DNA from: the human T2T-CHM13v2.0 reference genome, Homo sapiens
NCBI RefSeq assembly: GCF_009914755.1
Contig: NC_060947.1
Length of the DNA stretch: 64,000 bases
Reading direction: 5' to 3' (one strand)
Below are positions 50,641 to 64,000 of this stretch, piece by piece. The translations under genes and the position numbers were made by a program. The notes under the pieces were generated by a model that did no database searches, was not told the origin of the DNA, and saw only the letters and a list, made by a program, of their open reading frames with translations. How positions within the stretch are numbered: position 1 is the first letter of the stretch; every line of letters begins with the position of its first letter.

Positions 50641-51264
50641 ATTTGACCTTTACCTTTAACAAGTGAAGTTAATTTTTAAAAGTTATATTATATCCTATAA
50701 AATTACTCTCATTACAGTGATTATTCTTATTTAGATTTTTTTATTCTATTTCCCCTATGAACTTTATTACCTGAGAGTTACTTTTTAAAATTTGGTGACT
50801 CATTTTTCTTCATATATTTCCCTGAAACTCTAAATAGAACTTTCAGCCTGCTTAGCCTAAATGTGAAACATGTTCCAACTGTTGAATAATACAGATTTTG
50901 ATTTTGATGTCTGTCTCAGGTGATTGAGGGAGATGACTTGAACATTGGTTTGCATGGAATGTATCCATAAGTTTTTTTTCTGGGTGTAGATGTTTCCTTT
51001 CCTTTCCTAGAGAATGTATTTGCTTCTCCAAGTCCACCATCCCTTATGGGAGTCTCTTGAGTCAGGACTCTAATTTCACACATTCTGTTTAGGCTTTATC
51101 CTGAGGGAAAATGCTACAATCAGGTATTTCTTTTACTTTATGTTCTCTTTCTCAGAATTATCTCAGGTTCCATTCTGCTTCTTTCTTAGGTTCATTACTC
51201 ATGCTGGAAGTCATTCACTTTACTTAAAATGTAGTTCTGAGATTTTGCTCAGAATATGTCTTTA

Positions 51265-53070
<1,806 letters not shown>

Positions 53071-53145
53071 CAATGAGGTGGGAAAAAAAGAAAAATTAAA
53101 GAAAGGAAGAAAATAGAAATTAAAAAGAGAAAGAAACAAGCTGCC

Positions 53146-54366
53146 TGTGTTAGGCTGACTCGTTTCAAAGGCAGTAACAGGCAAATTTTCGATAATGTTA
53201 TCTAAGGGCCAGAGCTCAAAGGAATGTGCTCTGAAGACTCTCCCAGCACTCTCTCAACATAAGGATGTGAAGAGATAAGTTTCCCTGTCTCTCCTTTAGT
53301 GTAAGTAAACTTCCCCCTCCAATCCCATCCCCTATACCTTGCTCCTTGCTCTGTAAGTTTTAAGAGTTTCTGTCTTTCCTGTTGTTAATGATTGTAGGTT
53401 CCTGCTTCTTCATCTAAGCAGTATAGCCTGAGCAGGTCTAGCTTGTAGCCAGCTAAACTCCATGGTGGGGGTCGCAAGATGAGTCTTTGTGAAACTCCTT
53501 TGAACTAACCAGATAATGACCATCTGGGCTGCATAGTAAGGAGGATACTAAACCTGAGTTATAAATGTAAAAAGTAAAATAGAGGTTCCTCTTCAAAGAC
53601 TTTCCTCCCCATCTAATTAGGAATAAATAGTAACTTCTCATAAAAGTAAAATTTATTCAAAGACCTGTGCTAACATTCTTAAATATCTGCTAACCGTAAT
53701 AAAGAAACCAATGTACTTTATGTTCTTAGCTCCCACAATTTAGCCTAAATATTTGCCCTGGCATGCTTATTACTGGTCTAAGCAAGCATTAGGTCATAGC
53801 CTGTTCCTCTTCCTTATTTAGAAGTGTTTTTATCTTTCTCAGCATTCCACAAGTTACTTCCTCCTTCCTTTGTTCTCCTCTACCTTTGCCTCTTTTAAAA
53901 AGTTCTAATTTGCTAGCCAATCGTGACAAATACAGAATGTGAGGTCTCCTTCCAGCCAATGGAAACCTGACACAGCAGTAGGGTGGAAGCATCAGATTAT
54001 AAATGACCCTGTCTCCTTTGTTCGGTGTACTCTCATGGCAAAACTGCTGGCGAGCGTACCCTTTCTGCAGGGAGTAAAAATGGCCTTACTAAATAAATTA
54101 AATTTATGTTCAAGTGCCATTTCTTTACGATACTGGAGAACAAGCATTTCAAACATAAGCCTGTCTTAGTTTGATTAACGGCCTTTGTCTTGCCTCTGTA
54201 CATTCGAGTTCGCGCCACTTAGGAGTGGGTATATGAGGAAAACCTTGTCTTTGTTCGGGGCCCAGTTTTTTGGATGTTGAGTCTGCTGGGCTGGAGTGCA
54301 CTCAATGAAAGATCCTCCTCCTGCTATACCCCGAGGTCTCCCTTACCGTCCTGATTTTCCGCAACA
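53146..54366 (+). mobile_element. Solo ERV LTR (~620 bp, family uncertain, possibly LTR66-like), split by LTR10C
   Basis: Ends ...ccccgaggtctc...ttccgcaaca. TATA-like gtatatgagg and decayed poly(A) signal aatgaa in the 3' part. 5' boundary approximate. Confidence 0.7.
53566..54155 (+). mobile_element. LTR10C solo LTR (HERV-I family)
   Basis: TGTAAAAAGTAAAATAGAGGTTCCTCTTCAAAGAC...AAGCATTTCAAACA, 590 bp. Two CCAAT boxes, TATAAA at 53998 and ATTAAA. Flanks TAAA/TAAG. Confidence 0.9.
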
Positions 54367-57300
54367 ACAACAGTAATAAAACAGTTAAAAGAGTTGTGTC
54401 TGGTTGCCTTTGAGGGGTGGGAAGTGCTTTGGGTAGTTGATTACCGTTTTTTAAATTAAACTTGTAGTACTTTGGCTTTTTAAAACTTTGTACATATATT
54501 TCCTAAATAATTTTTGAAGACAAATAACAAGAAAAAAGTTACGTAAGTTTATTCTGAGAACAAATATCACTGTGTCCTACAGTGTGTTATATGCAGGGTG
54601 GGAGTGGAGGTTCTAGCAAATGCAACTCTTTCATGTGCACTTCATTAATTAATTACCCTGATGATAGCACTAGAGTATGTACTGTTCTTTGTATTTGTTA
54701 ACTCTGAGCATTGAGCATATCGGAGGATTTCTTACAGAAGAACTAGTCTCAACTCTACAATAGACTACACTTATTTGAGGCTGAAGCTTTACCTACTTTT
54801 GTTTCTCTGCTAATCTGATTCTAAAATTCCTAAAAATTTATAGTCTGTTGATTGTATTTATATATTTTTTCTTTGGATGTTAGCAATAATTCACTTAAAA
54901 TATTTTTCTTTAATTTCAATTGGATTTTTACAGAGAACCAATAGTAGACATATGCTCAGGACTCTTTCAAAACAGTTCTTTATATAATCTCTTTAATCAT
55001 TGAAAATCTAATAATCTACCAATTGTGTTAATTCTTTTTCCTTGTTTCAAGATCTGTTTGTGGATTATGTGTTAAAATTCAAGCTTAAACATACTTTGTG
55101 GTATTCAAATCAAATAAATACGGAAATGATTTCTTTTTAACTTATTGTTTAGAGTTTTTAAAACATTATATAGTAATTTCTCTGTAAGTAGCTGTATTTA
55201 TTCATTTTTCTTCTCTCATTTCCTTTTTTTCTTCTTAACACTGTAAATCTTAGGCCTTCTGCAATGATCTTAAGCAAAAGTTACTGGAAAGAGCATTTAT
55301 TCCTTTCATTTCTTTCTGCAATTTTACTGTAAAGCTCACTTTATCTGCCACAAACTGCTTTTTGAACATGATTACATTTGAGAAATTCATTTTGCCCTTT
55401 GACTAAATTATATTGACCCAGTTTCACTATTCATATTTGAATTTTACATTAGGCTTTTTTTCAAATAACCTGTCTAGTTTTTCATCTATTTTTGCGACAG
55501 AATTTTTAGGCCTGAAATCTAAAGACTGTGTCTTCCTAAGATGTGAATCCTGTGGAGACTTCCCATGGCACCTCTCAGAGATTTTACTAATAAAAAATGG
55601 AGGAAAGAGGGAAGAGGAGAAGTAACAAATAGGAATTTGAAGCAAATAGAGACAAAATGAAGACATTTATTCATCAGAAATCTAGGAGAGTGCTAGGTAA
55701 TGGGGTTGAAGAACCAAACCAGGCATGTTCTGTGCCCTCAATAAGCTCTCATTTTGGGAAGAAGGCAGATTTATATACAAGTTAAAATATTTTGGAAATG
55801 TCCAAAGAGGATGGTGATGAGAGTGGCAGGATCTTACTGATCCTGTCAAAAAATTGATTACAGTATGTTGCACCCAAAGGCTGAAGAGAAACCAAGGCAT
55901 AAGTATTAAATAAATTTCCAGAAGAAAAATTTACTCAAATGACAAGAGTTTCTTAGCTAAATAAGTTTGGAAAAAAACAACTTATATCTTATCACTATGA
56001 AACTGCGTGGCGGCTGCCTCTTAATAGCGGTAGAATATGTGATCCCAAAACAAACCATGTAACTGCAAAGTCTAGCAACACCTTTGGTGTTACCATAATG
56101 ATATTAGCTTAAGACTGAGGTGATAAAGAATGATATAGTGTTGTGAAAGTGCCACTTTATAAAAAAATTACTAACTCATCTAAATGCCTAATTGCGTGTT
56201 TCAGTGTTGAATCTGGATAAAATATTTTAGCAAAATTTTACCCTGCTAGATTCATTAGACAGTCTTCTATTATTATTTTCCTCTTGTTTTCAAATAATGA
56301 GTCAATAAGATTGCATAAGCCATCAAACTCCAGATGACATGTTGCATAAAAGTTGAGTTATAGTCTTAAAATTATGTGATAGCCAAGGAAATGATCTCAC
56401 TATCTTATTCTACTCTATCTACCCATTTTGCTTAGAATTGAAAGCATTTTAACAAAGTCATAATTCCAGTTAAGTTTGAAGTGTTTTCTTTCCTCAGACT
56501 TGGTTTCCTCCACCTCTTCCCACCCCATTCTATTAAGGTATCACCTCAACTACTCTAGTTTAGCCCAGATGGGTATCTACATCTCATCTATACCAAACCA
56601 AAAATCAAATTTATCTTCTAGCTCAAAGTCAAAATTATGTAAGTCTACTCTTATATTAACAATAGATTTCAAAGCAGAATATAAGTAGAAGTTAACACTG
56701 AAGGTTAATATTCCATGTGGTTTCAGAAGCTTAATGCCATAAAATAAAAATAACTAAATGCTATATAATGTATTGGGGGGGTAGAGAGACTAGCTTTCAG
56801 ACAATAAGTCAGCAAACCTTTTAAAAACTAAATTATGTCAATGGATTAATAATTTTTCACTTTATTGACAATCATATATAAACTATAATTTTTAAATAAT
56901 TCCACACCGTGACTTCTCTGTTACCAAAAGATATGTCTTTAGTAATATGCTTGAAATCTGAAACTCAAGATGTTATCTTTATGTTCCTAATGAACAGCAT
57001 GGTAAACTTTTCCATCTTTATAATGAGCCTAATAAAATATAATGTTCTCCAACAGACTGAAAGCTCAACAGTCTGCCTATATTGCAAACATCAATTTCAA
57101 GATTATGACAATAATAATGAATTGACACTATTTTGGAAATGGAGGGACATCTAAGTTATGAGATTTGTTATCTTAGCAACCACAATCTTTACACTGGATG
57201 GGCAACTTATGATCTGGTACAACGTTGGTTTTTGAGATCAATTTAAAATACATGGATATAGAAACTTAAGAAAAATTCAGGAAACATTGACACCAAGGAA

Positions 57301-58039
57301 TGAATAAATTTAGTAAAGATCTTTACTCTTATTTGTTTTGACAAGAAGTGTTAGACAGATTATGCGCGCCTTTTACATGCACCCTAAATCTTTAATGGTT
57401 GTCATTGTATTGATAGTCATGTGTATCGATTAAAAATAAATGTCCTAGGTTTTATTTTTCTTATATGCTTTATGGTAGTAGATCTGTGTTATTTTCCACA
57501 AAATACAATTTCAGTATGAAAAATCTTTGAGGTCTACATCAGTAAGCCATGATGTGGATATTTATTTTCTGGTGACACAAATTCTGTATATGTGTGTGTG
57601 TGTATTTGTGTGTGTGAGAGAGATGGGCTTTATTTTAGATTTTTTCTAATAGTTTGTAGTAAGAGTATATTGATAAAATACAAAATGCTTTTATGATAGC
57701 TCTCCAGTCTCCTTTTCCTGTTACCTCACATGATGTTTTTATAGCCAAGTGTGGGTTAATGTCAGCATAAACATTAAGGGAAAATATGATATCTTGATGT
57801 ACATATCTGTTAGCCTGAAAACGGAAGCATCTGCCTTAGATATTTTACATTTATACAAATGGGGGGGAGGCAGGGATTATGAACCCATATCCAAACATAC
57901 ACAGGTTACTATATGAGATTTTTATTCCCTCCATATGAATGAGTTAAAAGTGTTTACTGATTTAAGTAGGCATTTGGCAACACTGCTCTTGAAGAAAGTG
58001 CTGTGTATTTTACTGGCACATACTGACCCAAAAAGGCAC

Positions 58040-58525
58040 TGAAAGTGAGGAGAAAGACAAAGGAGGGAAGGTTTGGTATTCAAAGGCACTCTTGACTTTA
58101 GAAATCAGATTTCCATACGCCAGATGAGAAGCCAGAGACCATAAGACACAAAAAGGCTAAATAAGAAGGAAGGATTTTTAACAACATTTGGAACAGCAGA
58201 GGCATCTAAAAACAACTATGTGGCTGCACTGGGAAACCTCTCATGACCATATCGTCTTCAGAGATGTATGCAAAGGCAGCAAAATACGTACAATGAAGGA
58301 CAAATACAAAATATTCTGCAAGAATATGGTCAGAAAGGTTAAGCACAAAATGTGCAGAGACCTATAAAAATGCTGAGGACAGAATAATGGGCTTTGATAA
58401 CTGTGTTAAATAAAAGAATAAAATCCAGGACAAGCGAGGCCCTTTCCTAGACACATAATGACAGATGACAGAGAGGAATATAATGACTCAGCCCTATTTT
58501 GTGCTCAACCTTTAGAAGAAGAATA
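58040..58525 (+). mobile_element. CR1/L3 LINE ORF2 fossil
   Basis: actcttgactttagaaatcagatttc (TLDFRKADF-like), atgtggctg (MWL), aaatacaaa, ggccctttc and gatgacagagag occur in the CR1 EN-RT linker order. Confidence 0.7.
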
Positions 58526-58709
58526 AATACCTTCCTATCAGAACCAATTGAATAAATGTGGTTAGGAATGACATGAGAACCATTACATGAGAAAGAATAA
58601 TAAGGAGAACAAATGTGCTTTTTCAGTGCTTTAAGCTTCCACGCCAGATAAATTATATGCAAGAGAAATGGAAAAAGTTTCATATGTAGTCATGAAATCT
58701 TTGTTAATT

Positions 58710-61700
58710 ATTTTTTGTTTGTTCTTTGTTTTTCTTTTTGAAATTTTTAATCTTTGTGGGTACACGGTAGTTGAATATATTTATGGGGTACATGAGATAT
58801 TTGATATAAATATTTGATATATGAGATATTTGATACAGGTATAGATATTGGATACTGGCATACAATACATAATAATTACATTAGGATAAATGGGGTATCC
58901 ATCACCTCAAGCATTTATCCTTTCTTGCATTACAAATAATCCAATTATACTCTTAGTTATTGTAAAATGTACAACAAATTATTGTTGACTATAGTAATCC
59001 TATTGTGCTATCAATACTAGATCTTATTCATTCTATCTAATTGTATTTTTGTACCCATTAACCCGCCCCATTTCCCCTGCCACCCGCTGACTACTCTCCC
59101 CAGCCTCTGGTAACCATCATTCTATTCTCTATCTCCATGAGTTCAATTATTTTAAATTTTACCTTCCACAAACAAGCGAGAACATGCAAAGCTTTCCTTT
59201 CTGTGCCTGGCTTATCTCACTTAGCAAAATGACCTACAGTTCCATTCATGTTGTTGCAACTGACAGGATACCATTCTTTTTTATGGCTAAATAGTACTTC
59301 ATTATGTAAATGTACCACGTTTTTCTTATCCATTCATCTGTTGATGGACACTTAGATTGCTTCCAAATTTGGCTATTATGGGTAGTGCTACAATAAACAT
59401 GGGAGTGCAATATCACTTTGATATACTGATTTCCTTTCTGTGGGGTATATACCTAGCAGTGGGTTTGCTGGATCATATTGTAGCTCTATTTTCCGTTTTT
59501 TGAGAAACCTCCAAACTGTTCTCCATAGTGGTTGTACTAATTTATATTCCCACCAACAGTGTGCAACTGTTTCTTTTTCTCCATATCCCTGCCAGCATTT
59601 GTTATTACTTATCTTTTAGATAAAAACCATTTTGACTGTGGCAAGATGATATCTCATTGTAGTTTTAATTTGCATTTCTCTGATGATCAATGATGTCAAG
59701 CAGTTTTTCATATACCTGTTGACCATTTGTATGTTTTCTTCTGAGAAATGTCTCGTTAGATCTTTTGCACATTTTGAAATAAGATTATTAAATTTTTTTT
59801 ATAGAGTTGTCTGAGCTCCTTATATATTCTAGTTATTAATCCCTTATCAGATGGACAGTTTGCAAATATTTTCTTCTATTGTGTGTATTGTTTCTTCTCT
59901 TTGTTGATTGTTTCCTTTGCTGTGCAGAAGTTTTTTAACTTGATGTGATCCCATTTGTCCATTTTTGCTTTGATTGCCTGTGCTTGTGGAGTATTATTCA
60001 AGAAATCTTTGCCCAGCCCAATGTCTTGGAGCGTTTCCCCAAAGTTTTCTTTTGGTAGTTTCATAGTTTTGGGCTTTAGATTTAAGTCTTTAGTCCATTT
60101 TGATTTGATTTTTCTATATGGTGAGAGATAGGGTTCTAGTTTCATTCTTCTGCATATGGATATCCAGTTTTCCAAGCACCACTTATTGAAGAGACTATCC
60201 TTTCCTCAATGTTCGTTCTTGGCACCTTTGTCAAAAGTGAGTTCACTGTAGATGTATGGATTTGTTTCTGGGTCCTCTATTCTGCTTCACGGGTCTATGT
60301 GTTTGCTTTTATGCAAGTACCATGATGTTTTGGTTACTATAGCTCTGTAGTATAATGTGAAGTCAGGTAATGAGATTCCTCTAGTTTTGTTCTTTTTGCT
60401 TAAAACAGCTTTGGCTATTCTGGGTCTTTTGTGGTTCCATGTAAATTTTAGGATTATTTTTTCTATTTCTGTGAAGAATGTCATAGGTATTTTGATAAGG
60501 ATTCCATTGAATCTGTAGATTGCTTTTGGTAGTACATACATTTTAACAATATTGATTCTTCCAATCCATGAACAAGAAATATCTTTCCATTTCTTGGCAT
60601 TCTCTTCAATTTCTTTCATCAATGTTTTATAGTTTTTATTGTAGAGATTCTTTACTTCTTTGTCTCAGTTAACTCCTAGGTGTTTTATTTTATTTATAGC
60701 TCTTGTAAATGGGATTACTTTCTTGATTTCTTTTTTATATTGTTTGCTGTTGGCATGTAGAAATGCTACTGATTTTTGTAGCTGATTTTGTATCCTGCAA
60801 CCTTTCTAAATTTCTTTATCTGTTTGAATAGTTTTTTGGTGAAGTCTTTAGGTTTTTACAAATATAGGATCATAACAGCAGCAAACAAGGATAATTTGAC
60901 TTTTTCCTTTTCAATTTGTGTGCACTTTATTTATTTCTCTTCTCTGGTTGCTCTAGCCGGGAATTTGAGTACTATATTGAGTGACAATGGTGAAAGTGAG
61001 CATCACTGTCATGTTCCAGAGCTTGGAGTAAAGGCTTTCAGTTTTTACCCATTCAGTATGATACCTGTGGGTTGGTAATATGTGGCTTTTACTGTGTTGA
61101 AGCATGTTTGTCCTATACTTGGTTTTTTGAGCGTTTTTATCAGGAAGTGATGTTGAACTTTTATCAAATGCTTTTTCAGCACCAATTGAAATGATCATAT
61201 AGTTTTTGTACTTAATTCTGTAGATATGATGTATCACATTGATTGAGTTTTGTATACTGAAACCTCCTTGCATCCCTGGGATAAATCCCACTTGGTCATG
61301 ATGAATAACCTTGTTAATTTGTTGTTGAATTCAGCTTGCTAGTACTTTGTTGAGGATTTTTGCATCAACGTTTATCAGATATATTGGGCTTTATATATTT
61401 TTTTTTGGTGTGTCCTTGTCTGCTTTTGGTATTAGGATAGTAGTGGCTTCATAGAATGAGTGTGGAAGTATTCCCTCCTTTACTTTTCAGAACAGTTTGA
61501 GTAGGATTGGTATTAGTTTTTCTGCAAATATTTTGTAAAATTCAGCAGTAAAGCCATCAGGCCCTGGGATTTTCTTTGCTAGAATACATTTTATTACGGT
61601 ATTGATCTCCTTACTTGTCATTGGTCTGTTCAGGTTTTGGATTACTTCATAGTTCAATCTCGATAGGTTATATGTGTCTAGGAATTTATCTATTTCTTCC

Positions 61701-64000
61701 AGATTTTCCAATTTATTGGCATATAGTTGAGTTGCTCATAGTAGCCTCCAATGATCCTTTGAATTTCAGTGGTAAAAGTTGTAATGCCTTATTTTTCATC
61801 TCTGATTTTATTTATTTGGGTCATCTCTTTTTTTCTTAGTCTGGCTAATGGTTTGTTAACTTTGTTTAACTTTTCAAAAAAACAACTTTTTGTTTCATTG
61901 ATCTTTTGTATTGTTTTAATCATGTCAATTTCATTTATTTCTGCCCTGGTCTTTATATTTCTTCTACTAACTTTGGGTTTGGTTCAGTCTCGATTTTCTA
62001 GTTCTTTAAGATGCATCATTAGGCTGTTTATTTGAAGCTTTCTAGTTTTTGGATGTAGGTGCTTACAGCTATAAACTTCCCTCTTGCTACTGCTTTTGCT
62101 GTTTTCTGTAAGTTTTGGTATGTTGTGCTTCCATTACCATTTGTTTCAAGACATTTTTCAATTTCTTTCTTAATTTTTTCATTAACCCACTGGTCATTCA
62201 GGAGCATATTGTTTGATTTCCATGTGTTTGTATAAGTTTCCAAAATTCCTCTTGTTGATTTATAGTTTTATTCCATTTTGGTCAGAGAAGATGCTTGGTA
62301 TTATTTAAATTTTTAAAAAATGTTATAAGACTTGTTTTGTGACCTAACATATGGTTTATTTTGAGAATTATTCACATGCTGAGGAGAAGAATGTGTACTC
62401 TGCAGCCGTTAGATGAAATGTTCTGTAAATATTTATTATGCCCATTTGGTCTATAGTGTATATTAAGTCTGATGCTTTGTTGTTGGTTTTCTGTCTGGAT
62501 AATATGTTTAATGCAGAAAGTGGGGTGTTGAAATCTCCAGCTATTATTGTACTGGCATCTATGTCTCTTTTTAGCTCTAATAATATTTTCTTTACAAATT
62601 TTGGCAGTGTTGAGTGTTTATATATTTATGGTTGTTTTATCCTCTTGCTGAATTGACTGCTTTATTTTTTGTGACTTTCTTTGTTTCTTTTTATAATTTT
62701 GTCTTGAAATGCATTTTGTCTGATAAATTATAGATACTTTTGTTTACTTTTTTGGTTTCCATTTATATGAAATATCCTTTGCCATCCTTTCATTTTCAGG
62801 GTCTGAGTATCTTTATTGGTGAAGTGTGTTTCTTGTAGGCAACAGATCATTGGGCTAGTTTTTCATATCCATGCAGCCACTCTATGTCTTTTGATTAGAG
62901 AATTTTGTCCATTTACATTCAATGTTATTATTGATAAGTAAGGACTTACCCCTGACATTTTGTCATTTGTTTTCTGGTTGTTTTGTGTTCTTCTTCTCCT
63001 TTTCTTCCTTCTTGTCTTCCTTTAGTTAGGATAATTTTTTCTGGTGGTATGTTTTAATTTCTTTCTTTTTATTTTTTGTGCATCTGCTGTATGCTTTTTT
63101 GTTTGAGATTACTATGAGGTTTGTAAATAATATTGTATAACCTATTATTTTAAACTGATGGCAACTTAACACTGATTGCATGGACAATGAAACAAACTAA
63201 CAAACAAAGAACAAATTAATAAAAACTCTGCACTTCAACTTTGCTCCTCTGCTTTTTAACTTTTTGTTGTTTCTATTTATTTCTTATTTTACTGTCTATA
63301 TCTTGAAAAGTTGTTGTAGTCATTATTTTGACCAGTTCATATTTTAGTCTTTCTACTGAAGATATGAGTAACGTACACACCACAATTATAGGGTTATAAT
63401 CTGTGTTTGTCTGTGTTGTTATTACCAGTGAGTTTTGTACCTTCAGATAATTTATTATTGCTCATTAATGTCCCCCTCTTTGAATCAAAAAACCATCTTT
63501 AGCATTTTTTACAGGACAGGTCTGGTGTTGATGAAATCCCTCAGCTTTTGTTTATCTGGGAAAGTATGTATTACTTGTTCATGTTTGAGGGATATTTTCA
63601 CTGGGTATAATATTCTAGGGTAAGAGGTTTTTCTTTTTTTCTTCAGCACTTTAAATATGTCATGCCATTGTCCTCTGCCTGTAAGTTTGCTACTGAGAAG
63701 TCTGCTTCCAGATGTATTGGAGCTCCTTTGTATGTTATTTGTTTCTCTTCTCTTACTGCTTTTGAGATTATTTCCTTGTCCTTGATCTTTGGGAGTTTGA
63801 TTATTAGATTCCGTGAGGTAGTCTTCTTTGGGTTAAATTTGTTTGTTGTTCTATCATCTTCTTGTACTTGAATGTTGATATATTTTTCTAGGTTTGGAAA
63901 ATTATCTGATATTATTCTCTTGAATAAAGTCTCTACCTCTATTTCCTTCTCTACCTCCTCTTTATGGCCAATAACTTTTAGATTTGCCCTTTGGAGGCTA
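58710..64000 (-). mobile_element. Long L1MA (MA1-4-like): 3'UTR, decayed ORF2, inter-ORF spacer, ORF1 3' end; continues past right edge
   Basis: Minus-strand peptides [43 protein letters not shown] and LLNDQWVNEKIKKEI. Confidence 0.95.

Overview
This is AT-rich, CpG-poor primate (very likely human) genomic DNA made mostly of old interspersed repeats. I found no intact protein-coding gene, RNA gene or CpG island. The ORF track consists of decayed LINE-1 ORF1/ORF2, Tigger1 transposase, Alu-derived frames and chance ORFs. The main elements are: the 5' end of a HUERS-P3/LTR9-type provirus with a tRNA-Pro PBS, inserted in an L1; a full-length dead L1PA (about L1PA13) with its TSD; a full-length Tigger1 split by a MER11 solo LTR; an L1MC carrying nested MST, MLT2 and Alu insertions; a twin-primed L1 inside an older L1; LTR10C nested in another LTR; HAL1, CR1/L3, L4 and L2 fossils; and a >5 kb L1MA running off the right edge. 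Subfamily names come from recalled consensus sequences and need RepeatMasker/Dfam confirmation. I do not see evidence for a new biological system. The signals the repeats do not explain are several fold-back or templated-duplication scars (notably a double hairpin inserted at the L1 RT active site), perfect palindromes, LTR-borne OCT-SOX and p53 motifs, and a speculative 12-nt microexon-like signal.
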